Assembly (NCBI RefSeq): GCF_018977255.1
Contig: NW_024704743.1
Coordinates: 101,868,001 to 101,932,000, forward strand
From: Callorhinchus milii
Lineage: Eukaryota
Reading direction: 5' to 3'
DNA length: 64,000 nucleotides
In this document: positions 24,909 through 36,149 of the stretch, in pieces
Position numbering within the stretch: the first letter of the stretch is position 1
How the letters are laid out: every line of letters starts with the position of its first letter
Made by a program: the position numbers and the translations under genes
Notes under the pieces: model-generated
The model's input: only the letters and a program-made list of their open reading frames with translations
What the model was told of the DNA's origin: nothing
Database searches by the model: none

Positions 24909-25218
24909 GTCCTGTAGCTCAGTGGTTAGAGAACTCGCCTCACAAGCGAGAGATCTGGGTCCGATTCCCGGCAGGGCGAAACTTTGGGCAAGTTTGCTTA
25001 CTCCAAACGCCTGATAATAATCCCTCGAGAAAAAAAAACAATAATAATTTGGTCACTTCAATCCAAGACTGTTTGTGGGACACTGCTATGCGCAATTGGT
25101 TGCCATGTTTCACCCACAAAAATGCAGTCAATTCACTTTACAGTATATTCTGTGAAACGCTTTGAGACGTCTAGAAGACACGAAAAGCGCTATATCAAAT
25201 GCAAGGATTATTATTATT
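24909..25218 (+). mobile_element. tRNA-Ala-derived SINE, short subfamily
   Basis: GTCCTGTAGCTCAGTGGTTAGAG head; ACGCCTGATAATAATCCCT junction; (TTA)n tail. Confidence 0.92.
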
Positions 25219-26449
25219 GTTATAAAGAATCCCAATAGTGTTCTCATCCTCCACAGAGACTAGTTTTTTGCCGTGCAGTGTTAATGTTAGTCAAAAAAAT
25301 ATTGAGTATCCAGTATTAGTATTGAACTGGCTACGGATCCTGCCCCTGCACAGATTATAATAACAATACTTGCATTTGACAGAGCATCTTTCATGTTGGG
25401 AGGACATCTCAAAGAGCTTCGCAGGATTTTACTATACACTGATTGTCCAGCGCTTTGGGATTCCCGACATGAAAGGCATTATACAGATGTAAGTTTGTTG
25501 TTGTTGTTTGTAGGTAGGTTGTTGACCAAGACACCAGGAGAAACTGCCTTCTCGTTTTGAAGAGTACAATGGGATCTTTAATGTCCACCTCAGCAGGCAG
25601 ACAGAACCTTGGTTTAATGCCTCATCTGAAGGATGACATCTCTAACAATGCAGCACTGTAGAAGAGAAGAGCTGCGTCGTTGAATTCAAGCCTTCTGCTG
25701 ATACAAAGCCTCTTTGCAATTGTTGACATTTGACACGCAGTGAAAGCCATTATCTCCAGTAGTTAAGCTGCCTTCATTTACAAAATGCTTACAAATGTGT
25801 AAATGCCATTCAAGACAATGGCCCATTCATTTACATTTCAGTCAATAATAGAGCATTCATCAAGGTCTAACATCATAAAATTTGAAAGTTGAAAGGTGAG
25901 TCAAATCTATTTTATTTAACTTCAGCAAATGAGAGACAGTATATTGTCCTTGTATAGGGTGAAACATATCAGTAATGGCAAACGGTGACTCTGTGCCTCA
26001 AGAAATGATATTCTTAATTGAGTGGGTGGAAGTGGATTCCAATGTGACTGCCCACCTGTCATATACTGACCCATACATTGACTTTATAGAGACATTATTT
26101 TAGTCAAGCTGTACCAATCTGTAGGAACTTCATTAAATTGTATATTAATCAATGAAGTTGTTTCTCCAGGGGATTTCCTTGGAGTTGAACTGATTTCAAC
26201 GTGACATGCTTGGCAATGGAATGTCATAATTGAGTCAACCCCCTGTGACAGTCTCAGTATTGCAGTTCCGGAGCCAGATGGGTCCACAGTACTCCGTGGC
26301 ATTGCTGATAACATACCATCCAGCCTAGATCATCAGCAGGACTTGGAGGGCACAACCAGTCACTAGGTGCAACAATTCTTTCTACTCATGAATAGAGTGG
26401 GTGAATTTTCTTGAGCAGTGCTTTCAATGGCAAGCTATGTGGATTTAGA

Positions 26450-26700
26450 TAAGAACATAAGAAATGCTAGATGAGAAAAGATCAAGGTCCACCTAGTTCG
26501 CCTTCCATCTTCCTGGCGGCTGCATGCACATAGGTCCCAAACTACCTATTTACTATATCCTATAATGTTATTTCCTGAAATAAAACTGTCTAATCTGTGT
26601 TTGAAAGAATCAACACTTCTTGCTTCAACCGTATCCCTAGGGAACCTGTTCCACAGGTTCACTATTCGCTCACTAAAATAGTGTTTGAACACTGAAATAG
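26450..26700 (-). mobile_element. CR1 LINE 3' fragment
   Basis: AAGAACATAAGAA tail; minus strand encodes YFSERIVNLWNRFPRDTVEARSVDSFKHRLDSF. Confidence 0.75.
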
Positions 26701-27809
26701 TGTTTAATTTAGCTAGTTAAACTCCAAAGCTTGGGAGCTCTGGGGATTCCAAGCTTTGACTTTTGACACCCTGATCCTAATAATCTCTGGAAGTAATTTA
26801 GATTCCTAAAAGAAAGATCCTGGGAAATTGGGAACTGGACCTTTCATTATTTAAGACAAATCCTATCTTCAATTGTTACAATAGCTGGACACAGATGTGA
26901 GAGAGACAAGTATATTATTACTAATGCAGAGCATACCTTCATCATATCCCACTATAGTTATGTGTCTTTCAGAAAGCCAGCACATGCACCTAGCCATTTT
27001 CCTTTCCTGACAGAGTCCCAACCTACCTCTGCAATCTCCTGGAATCTTACTGAGCGGCTGCTCCCTCTGTTCAAAAAAACACCAGCCTGCTTCATATCCC
27101 CCACCCATTCTACTCCACCATCAGTAGCTCTGTGCCTGCTCTCTGGAACACCATCCAGGAGTAGTTCTGACTCACCCCTTCCTTCCCCACTTTTAAAGCC
27201 TGCTTTAATAATTATCTATTTCAATCATCTTCCTTTGTTTCAGTGCCAAGCCAGCTGAGTAAAGCACTTTGAGATGTCCTCCCAAAGTGAAAGGCACTAT
27301 ATAAATGTATTTCAAAGCAACGTGTAAACAGATTAGTTGTAGATATGTGTTTTGTAAAATAATTTGCTTGGTTGGGAGTTACCAAAGAATGAAAATGCTT
27401 ATTTGACTTGGACCGCAGCCATCTTGTAGGTCACTGCCAACCAGTTATTTTAGATTCTTTGTGTAATGCAATCACATGGAGTAATATCCATGCCTTCACT
27501 GGACATTACTGTTTGCGTCTGTCTTCCCTGGAAGATACAATCATTGCCACATGGTTCTTGAAAGAAAGTCTTAAAATCAAATCATAAAATCTACCTCCAT
27601 TTCTGGCGCTATTATGGGTTTCCCTTGATGTATGTGACAGGTAAATGATAGAGAAAGTATAATCTTCGTTACTTTTGTTCCATAAAATGTATCTTTCATA
27701 AACGTTGTTCTCAAATCATTCTTCCTTGTAAACATTCATTGATTTTGGAGTTTTGGGAATTTGTTGTGTTGTTTAACAATTGTTCAATTTTTGGGCTATC
27801 CAAAAACAA

Positions 27810-28205
27810 ACTTTACTGCACAGAAAGAGTCCATTCAGCCTGTACCGGTTCTTGGCAAGAGTTATCCATTTAGTCCCATTCTTTTGACATTCCCCATTAC
27901 CTTTAATTATATTTCTCCTTTTTAGATATTTATCTAATTCCCTTCTGAAAGATAAAATGCATTCTACTGAACTATTGTTCTAGGTGTGACATTCCATATC
28001 ATAACAACCTTCTGTAGACAAAAAAACTCCTAATCTATGCTCTTTTGGTATTTGCCTTAAATCCTTGCTATCCAGTTACCAATCAATCAATGTAAATCAA
28101 TGTTCCCTTTTTCCCTGATCAAAATCCGCAATAATGTCTAAACCTCAATCTTTTGTCCCCTCAAGTCTCTTTATTCTAGGGAAAACAACCCCATTTCCTC
28201 CAGTC
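27810..28205 (-). mobile_element. Degraded CR1 LINE 3' fragment
   Basis: Collinear with CR1 ends at 32680 and 51970 (CACAGAAAGAGTCCATTCAGCC, ATTCCATATCATAACAACC). Confidence 0.65.
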
Positions 28206-28211
28206 TGACCT

Positions 28212-28503
28212 ACAACAACAAATTGCATTTATACAGTGTCTTTCACATTGTTAGGACATCCCAGGGTACTGGACAGTCAAGGGTTTGCATCTGAGCTGTG
28301 GGTTGGATTCAAAGGGGGTGGGGGAAAGAGGGGTATAAGGATGGGAGTGGAAAGATGACCAAAGGCACTGTGAAATAGAAAGGTCTTGAGATGGATCTTG
28401 ATGGAAGAGAAGGGACTCTGGGGTTGAGTTATAGAGAGTGAGGGCAGAAAGACTAAAAACCTGACCAACAATGGTGGAGTGGTCAGGGCGGAGGTGTGAA
28501 GCA
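28212..28503 (-). mobile_element. L2 LINE 3' fragment
   Basis: STIVGQVFSLSALTLYNS, KIHLKTFLF; (CAA)n tail at left end. Confidence 0.8.
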
Positions 28504-28504
28504 G

Positions 28505-28920
28505 GCCCTATTCTCACCCACACCAAACTCCGTAGCCCCATCACCCCAATCAGGCTTTGTTACAGAAAGGATCATTTTCAAGATGCTCACACTCACATTC
28601 AAATTACTTTATGCCCTCATATACCTCTCTACATCTCCAACCTGCTTACTTCCCACACCACTACTAGGGACAGCGTTCACTCAGATAGCTCTGGCATCCT
28701 GCACGTACCTGGTGTCCTCCGCTGCACCATCGGAGGCCTCCTCTACCCCCCAAAAATATGGAACTCTTCAATCTCTCCACCCTGCCTCCTAGTTGCCCAT
28801 CTTCAGATCGTGCTTGAAGACCTTCCGATTACTTACCTCATCTCCCCATCTTGGCATCAAGCTCCTCCACCGGTAAGAGTTCTGTGACGCTACCCTGTGT
28901 GATGCAAGTTGTTGCTGTTC
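28505..28920 (+). mobile_element. Degraded L2 LINE 3' fragment (tail type 2)
   Basis: THTKLRSPITP, ERIIFKMLTLTFK, LYISNLL, CTIGG; tail CTACCCTGTGTGATGCAAGTTGTTG. Confidence 0.75.
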
Positions 28921-29677
28921 TATGCTGTATATTTGTAATACTTTTGTAAACCAATTCATGAATTCTACTCCACATTCCTTAATGTTTTGATATTGCACAC
29001 CTGCAACATGCACAAAACCTTAAAACCTTTCTGTGCCAACATTATCCTTAATGTATTGCACAAAATATACCACATCATTCACTCCAATCTGATCTGCAGT
29101 GAAAGAAGATACAATATAGATGGCAATAGAATTGTAGACAGGATAACTTGAACATAACGTGTGTGTGCATGGCATCCCTAGCGCTATTAAGCACTTTTAT
29201 TGGAGGTCAGGAGGTTTGATTAACTATTAAGATTAATTACACAATAGCCTCAGAATTCTCATTCCAATTATGTTGCTGGCAGCAAAAAACTATATATACT
29301 GCATTCATAACAAGGCATCCTGCAGTTCCATTTGGTAGCTGGTGTATTCATTTTAATTAACCTCTCTCCCCTCCCCTAAAGCTCTAGGTGCCAGAAGTGT
29401 CTGATCAATTATCGGCAAGAGAGATTGGGATCAGGAACTATATAGATCCGTCTTCCTGCTCCAAACCAATCTTTGTTGCAACTGATGGCTCATCACGCAG
29501 TGATGTAACCCAGCATAACTTTTGCTTGGCTCCTGTGTTGACAAGCGCTCTGAGACTCTACCCTGCGTGGAGGGCTCTATATAAAGTGCAAATTGTTGTT
29601 GTTGTTTTTGTGAAGACATCAATCTCCTTACCAGGTCAAGATAGAAGTATTTGGCATTTTTATGATTTAATTCATGT

Positions 29678-30032
29678 GAAGCTCAGTGGTTAGAGCGCTC
29701 GCCTTGCAAGCGAGAGATCTGGGTATGATTCCCAGCAGGGCGAAACGTTGGGCAAATTTCCTTATTCCTTATGCCTCTGTTTACCTAACAGTACATAGGA
29801 ACCCGGTTGTTAGTCAATTGGCGGATCACTTTTCCGGGGATAATAATTCCTTAAAAATAAAACTACTGCTGATAAATCCACAACTGTATGTGGGACGATG
29901 CTGTGCACAATTGGCTGCCGCATTTTGCCCACAAAATATACAATGAATTCACTTTACAGTATATTCTGTGACACGCTTTGAGATGTCTTGAAAACATAAT
30001 GAGACGCTATGTCAAATGCAAGGATTATTATT
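29678..30032 (+). mobile_element. tRNA-Ala-derived SINE, long subfamily
   Basis: GCTCAGTGGTTAGAGCGCTCGCCTTGCAAGCGAG; includes GCCTCTGTTTACCTAACAGTACATAGGAACCCGGTTGTTAG segment. Confidence 0.92.
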
Positions 30033-30518
30033 GATACATGTTTTACTCATATGCTGTGGAGGAAAGGTTTCTGCTACAGAATTAAAAGAAAACTTCCAGA
30101 GAAATAACACTTTGTCCTGGTTTTAGATAAAGAAAAGTTAGGTGAGAAGCGATAGCGAGACATCTGGTGCAGAAAGGCTTTGTGTTTGATATTTTTTTCC
30201 CAAAATTTAATTTGTTCTGAGCAGACTTTGATGGCTCCAGACCAGTCGATGCTACTTTTAAACTGTTTATTCTGCACATTCCCTTGTGATCCAATTTATG
30301 CTACACCAAATTGTAGGAGATGGTTTCAAGAATATTGCAATTCGCATCCATACATTCTAAATGTAATCGACATAAATCGCATTGAGGTTCATTTCCCTTG
30401 GTTTCATTGAAAGCTCCCAGGGGGCCTATTGAACTGTCCAAGAATGTTCAAAGTACCATGTTTGTGTTTTCAGCCTTGATTTAAAGGGATTTAGAATAGG
30501 AATTATTCACATTGCCGC

Positions 30519-30680
30519 TTCGATCCCATCAATATGAATACTGTTCCTTCGATCCCATCAATATGAATACTGTTCCTTCGATCTCATCAATATGAATATT
30601 GTTCCTTCGATCCCATCAATATGAATACTGTTCCTTCGATCCCATCAATATGAATGCTGTTCCTTCGATCCCAGCAATAA
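30519..30680 (+). repeat. 29-bp minisatellite, 5 full units plus a partial unit
   Basis: TTCGATCCCATCAATATGAATACTGTTCC head-to-tail at 30519, 30548, 30577, 30606, 30635 and 30664 (partial); no spacers. Confidence 0.97.
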
Positions 30681-31225
30681 AGCTGAATGTAAGTACTGGG
30701 AAATTGAAGTCAAAAGGGCAGTTTGATCAATATGGAGACTCTGAATCGCAAACTTATTTCTTGACCTTAATATTGCCCGCAATAAACCGTTACCCAAAAA
30801 GCATTTCAGCTCTCAATAGTTTATCATTGATGACTCCAAATATCAATCAATCTCAAAACCAGATCTTCAAAATCTACAAGCACATTTGCTTGATGTCAAG
30901 AGTTCATAACAGCATTCAAAGGAAAAAAGCTCAAAATAGATATTTGTTCTGAGGCAGCATAATGGTGGGTTTGTGGGAAACTGCCCACTGAGATCACAGA
31001 ACTGTATCTTTGTACACTGCAAAACATTTACTCCTGATCTCCACAGACGTTCGGCTAGTACTAAAACAATAATACAAATACATTATGATAATCATCTCAA
31101 ACTCTTCACAGAGTTGTTCTGCAAAGTATAGACAAATACAGCAGCCAACTTCCACACAGCAATGTCTCACAAACCTACCTTTCTTAACATTGCCCTTTCA
31201 CAGCCTGGAACTGGGTCCTATTGTT

Positions 31226-31391
31226 AACAACAACAACAACAACAAGATTCTATTTATAAAGCGCCTTTCACGTCAGGAGGATGTCCCAAGGCGCTGCACA
31301 GTTGGGTCAGGACCCGAGCAGGGGGGAAATGGTCAGGGTGAGGGGAGGGAAGGGAGGGAGCGAGGAGGGGGGAAATGGTCAGGGTGAGGGG
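31226..31391 (-). mobile_element. Very short L2 3' UTR insertion with internal duplication
   Basis: (AAC)n tail; type 1 terminal stem-loop; GGGGGGAAATGGTCAGGGTGAGGGG present twice. Confidence 0.9.
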
Positions 31392-33354
31392 ATTAGAATA
31401 TTAGATTTAATATTAGAGTTAAGGTTATCTAATTGTCAGTAAGTTGAACTTGAATATGAGCAAATAAAAGCAAAATGAATATGAGCAGTACAGACCAGAA
31501 ATTATTCAATGTGAATTTCCTATCATGAGAAACAAAACTTCCTGTACCAACATTTGCTTTTATATGCACATGCTGCGTGTAAACTTAGCTACACCAGCAC
31601 TGACAGTGAAAGGAAAGGAATGAGAATAAAGGGATATTTCTCTTACTTTATTTACACTTTGTGACATTGTCAAGCATTTCGAGATTGGGGTTGGTCTGGG
31701 TCAATATTAAAGCGGAGCTTTCAAACATTACCCTGTCAGTCATGTTACAGCTATAACTTCACAAAAGCAATCTCTCTGCATCAATGCAATGATTTCAGAG
31801 GTTATTTGGTGGCAATTAACTGCTACGGTTTAAGACAGGTTTACACTATGGACCGATGTCTATTGGGCAATTAGATTCAAGGTGCCAAATTTCATTTTAA
31901 TGGCCACTAGAGAGGGAGTTCTGATGTGCAGGATTGAATTCCAACTTTAACCATACTTGATAGTACATCATTCCATGGGAAATGGTGTTTTTAATGTTGC
32001 TGGGGTTGGGGTGTGGGAGACGGGGAAAGGGGCATAATTGCATTTGGGTGGAAAGAGATCAGATCTAGAGAGGAAAAATGTGGTGATGATTTGGCATTAT
32101 TTGCTTAGTGTACATTGTGGTTTACACAGTCTCTTTCTGTAGTTTATTAACGAAACACTGCAAATTATACCTGATATATGTTAATCTAATCATGAAGCAC
32201 TCACCATTTTTATTTCCCCCTGTTTCCTCTAATGTTGAGATTAACTCATGCTGGTTATGGCTCAATAGGTGTAGTTCAATCTCCAATGCTTTCTCTAACT
32301 GACACTTCTTAAAGTGCGAGCCTCTATGATGTGTATATTGACAACCAATTCAATGGTACAGGCTATCACAACCGGAACCAATCCTGCTCTCAGCCAACTC
32401 AGCACAAACCCATATTCCAGTAGTTCACCAGCTACATTGTTTTTTCAACTGTTTGGCTGAGCAGACGTGAAACCTACAGTAACAGCTGCACTGTTGTCCA
32501 GGCTAAGTAAAGCTAACTCACATCAGGACCAGAGAAAAAAAACTTTTTCTTCATCAGTAAGTGCAGGCATTTGGGAACAGAGGTAACTGTTGAAGGAGAT
32601 TTGCAGTGTGATACATTGCTCACACAATATACAATGTTGGTATGCATTTTGGTAATGGTATCCAACACTTTATAATAAAATCATAGAATTATACAGCACA
32701 GAAAGAGGCCATTTGGTCCATCGCGTCTGCGCCAGCTCCTAAAGGAGCAATCCAATTTAATCCCACTGGCCCGCTTTCTCTCCATAGCCCTGCAATCCTG
32801 TCCTCCCCAAATACCCATCTACTTCTCTCTTAAAAGTCGTTATTGAATTGGCTTTCACTAACCTTTCAGGTAATGCATTCCAGATCCGAACAACTCGCTG
32901 GGTGAAAACATTTTTCCTAACCTCCCCTCTGTTTCTTTTAACAAATATCTTAAATTGGTGTCCTCAGGTTACTGACCCACATGCAAATGGAAACAGTTTA
33001 TCCCGGTTCAACCTACCAAATCCTCTCATGATCTTGAAAACCTCTATTAAATCCCCTCGTAATCTACTCTGCTCTAGGAGAATAATCCTAGTTTCACTAA
33101 CCTCGCCTCATAACTAAGGTCCTTCATTCCTGGTACCATCCTGGTAAACCTCCTTTGCACCTTCTCCAATACCCTAACATCTTTCCTAAAATGCGATTTA
33201 TTTTATAATGCTTATAAAATACCTTAGGGTTCCCTTTTATGTTTCCAGCTAATCTTTTCTTGTACAATCTCTTTGCCCTTCTTATTTCCCTTTCCACTTC
33301 TCCTCTGTACTTCCTATATTCTATTTAATTATCCTGTCTGTTTTGGACCTGACG

Positions 33355-33620
33355 TTAGCTCAGTGGTTAGAGCACTCACCTTGCAAGCGAGGCATCTGGG
33401 TTCAATTCCAGGCAGGGTGAAACCTTAGGCAAGTTTCCTTACTTCAAACGCCCAATAATAATCCCTCCAAAAAACAAAACAATAATAAATTGATTATTTT
33501 CAATCCACGACTGTTTGTGGGACACTGCTGTGCACAATTGGCTGCTGCTTTTCGCTCACAAATATACAGTCAATTCACTCTACAGCATATTCTGTGAAGC
33601 GCTTTGAGACGTCGAGAAGA
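33355..33620 (+). mobile_element. tRNA-Ala-derived SINE nested in CR1, tail lost
   Basis: TAGCTCAGTGGTTAGAGCACTCACCTTGCAAGCGAG...; breaks at GAGACGTCGAGAAGA into CR1 endonuclease sequence. Confidence 0.9.
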
Positions 33621-33756
33621 TTGTTTCCCAATCTATGTTAGGATAATTGAAATCCCCCATTATCACTACTCTATTGGTTTTGGATCTTTCCGAAATCTGC
33701 TTGCAGATTTGCTCATTTATTTCCTTCCCACTATTTGGAGGTCTATAGTAAATACC

Positions 33757-34098
33757 TTACAGAGTAACAGCTCCTTTTCTGCTCTGTAACTCTAACCAAA
33801 TAGATTCAGTTTTTGGACCCTCTAACACATTGTCCTTTTCCAGGACCGTGACCGTGTTCCTAAAGCGTATTGCCACTCTTCCTTTTTTCCCCGCTTCCCT
33901 ATTCCTCCTGAATAGGTTGTAGCCAGGAATATTCAGTTCCCATTCCTGTCCTTGCTTGAGCCAAGTCTCCGTAATTGCCACTACATCATAGTCCCGTGTG
34001 ACAACTTGAGCCTGCAGCTCACCAAGCTTATTTGTCACACTCCGTGCATTTACACACATGGACTCCAATACCGGCTTAATCTGCTTTACATTTCTCAC
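33757..34098 (-). pseudogene. CR1 ORF2 apurinic-like endonuclease N-terminal fragment
   Basis: CVNARSVTNKLGELQ...YDVVAITETWL...LNIPGYNLFRRNR...ESIWLEL. Confidence 0.92.
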
Positions 34099-34194
34099 CC
34101 ATCCCTTTCCACTTTTTGCTGGACTATTCCTTGTTTGATTTCTATTTGTCTCTCCTCATCCACTACGTAACTCGTTTCCCATCCGTAATGCTAC

Positions 34195-35251
34195 ATTTTG
34201 ATCCCCATCCCCCCTCGAAATCAGTTTAAACGCTTCCCCACAGCATTTGTTATCCTTGTTTCAATGATATTGGTCCCAGCCCTGCTCAGGTGTAACCCAT
34301 CCCCAGAAGTGATCCCAGTGGTTTAGAAACCTGAAGCCCTCCTTCCTGCACCATTTCTCCAGCCAGGCATTCATGCGTTTGATCCTCCCAGTTTGGTATT
34401 CACTTGCGTAAGTCATTGGGAGTAATCTCGAGATCACCACCTGCTCTTTAGCTTCTTCCCAAGCTTCTCATATTCTCCCTGTATGGTCTCAGCCCTTTTA
34501 TCACCTGTGACAACAACAACAACAACTTGGATTTATATGGCACCCTCCATGCCACTTAAATCATGGACCTAGATCATGGATCCCGACATGGACCACAACT
34601 TCCAGATTTTTCCCTTCCCCCGGGAGTATATTTTGCACCTGTTCCTGACATCATGCACCCTGGCCCCAGGGAGGCAGCATATCAGGCGCAAATCCCGTCT
34701 TTTATGGCAGAAACGCCTGTCTATCCATTTAACTGTTGTATCCCTGATAACAACAACATTGATGTTTATCCCCTATCTCCCTGAACATCCATTACCTTTG
34801 GACTCTTCTCACCAGAGGCGTCCTCACCGGTGTCCAGTACTGAGAACCGGTTTGTGTGTGTCACACTCTTAGGGGATTTCTGTACTGCCTGCTCTTTTTT
34901 TTCTCTACGTTCTATGGTCGCCCACTCACCCTTCTTCTGAGCCCTCTGTGTAACTGGGGTGACCACCACCTGAACTCTCTGTGGCTGTGGGGTGACCACC
35001 TCCTGAACTCTCTGTGGCTGTGGGGTGACCACCTCCTGAAAAGTTCGATCCATAAAGTCTTCAGCCTCCCGTATCCTGTGTAGTGACTGTAGCCTCTCCT
35101 CAAGCTCAGCGACCCTGAGTTCACGCTCAAGCAGCCGGAGGCACTTCCTACACATGTGTTTGTCCAGAACACATGAACCATTCTGGAGTTCCCACATGGC
35201 ACACAATGTGCGTGGAATGGGTCTCAGCTGCCCTGCCAGGTTTGCAGACAT
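34195..35251 (-). pseudogene. CR1 ORF1 (zinc finger/leucine zipper + SGNH esterase), disrupted
   Basis: LCAMWE..HMCRKCLRLLERELRVAELEERLQSL; NRFSVL; downstream frame VVVIRDTTVKWIDRRFC..CCLPGARV. Confidence 0.88.
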
Positions 35252-36149
35252 GTTTTTGTCTCAACAGTTTCGGGTTAAATAGGTAAAAACAAGTAATTTC
35301 ACACCTTTTATTCCTTTGCTCACACCCTTATATACTAAACACCTACTCAACACCTACCGCTACAGGAATATGCCCTTTTTGTGCAGGCTCTTGGGGGTTT
35401 TGTTTCTCCTTTATAAGTTCTCACCTGCACCAAATTCCCTCTCTGCACCGTATTCTCATTCTCACCTAATTCCCAAACAGAATTCTCACTCTGTTCCTCC
35501 TCACTCCATTGCCTCTTCATGCCCCTGGGCTCTCTGCTCAAGTAAAGTTTGAGATTACTGTAAAGCTCTTTTTTTCTGATGATGAGACAAGGTGTTATAT
35601 CAAAGCAAGGATTTTTTTTGTGTGAGGTTAAATTCCAGGTGATAGATTTACTCCAGTTATGTAGCATTTAAAAGTATCCAGAATTTGACAAATTGTTGAA
35701 TTCAATCTCAAGTTTGAAGCCAGTTTTTTGTAGTTCTTAAAAAAAAACTAAAAGCTGTATTTAAGAATTTGCTAAATTTTGCCCACTCTCAACTATTGCA
35801 TAAATAGAGTAAATCTAGACCCAAGTGGATTTTTACTCATATGATTTAATCAATACTTCATGTCTTCCTACCTCCCATTCTTTGGGGTTGCAAATGTATA
35901 ACTAATCAGAAGGTCTAATTAGTTTGTGAATGCCACATTTTCAATCCAACTCTTAAAACACCATTACAAGCATAATAATAATAATAATAGTCAATAATGC
36001 TTGCATTTGAAATAGCACCTTAACATGTTGTCAAGCTAAGATTTTACTGTGAATTCATGAGTGAACATGCCAATTTGCCCATGGCACAGAAATGTCCCAC
36101 ACACATATACATAATGTAGAGTTCTGGAGCTTATTGGTTGGAGCTCCGC

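Larger units (their letters stand above)
32680..35545 (-). mobile_element. CR1 LINE with 5' UTR, ORF1, endonuclease and 3' end; RT core deleted
   Basis: ORF1 34766-35251 (Cys motif + coiled coil) and frameshifted esterase motif CCLPGARVHDV; EN NARSVTNKLGEL..DVVAITETWL at 33757-34098; ORF2 C-terminus and CR1 tail at 32680-33195. Confidence 0.92.

Noticed and set aside
30519..30680. CRISPR-like 29-bp repeats
   Set aside because: Units are contiguous with no spacers, there are no cas genes, and the context is eukaryotic
31901..31920. CTCF-like motif TGGCCACTAGAGAGGGAG
   Set aside because: The 3' half departs from the consensus core (lacks the GGC)
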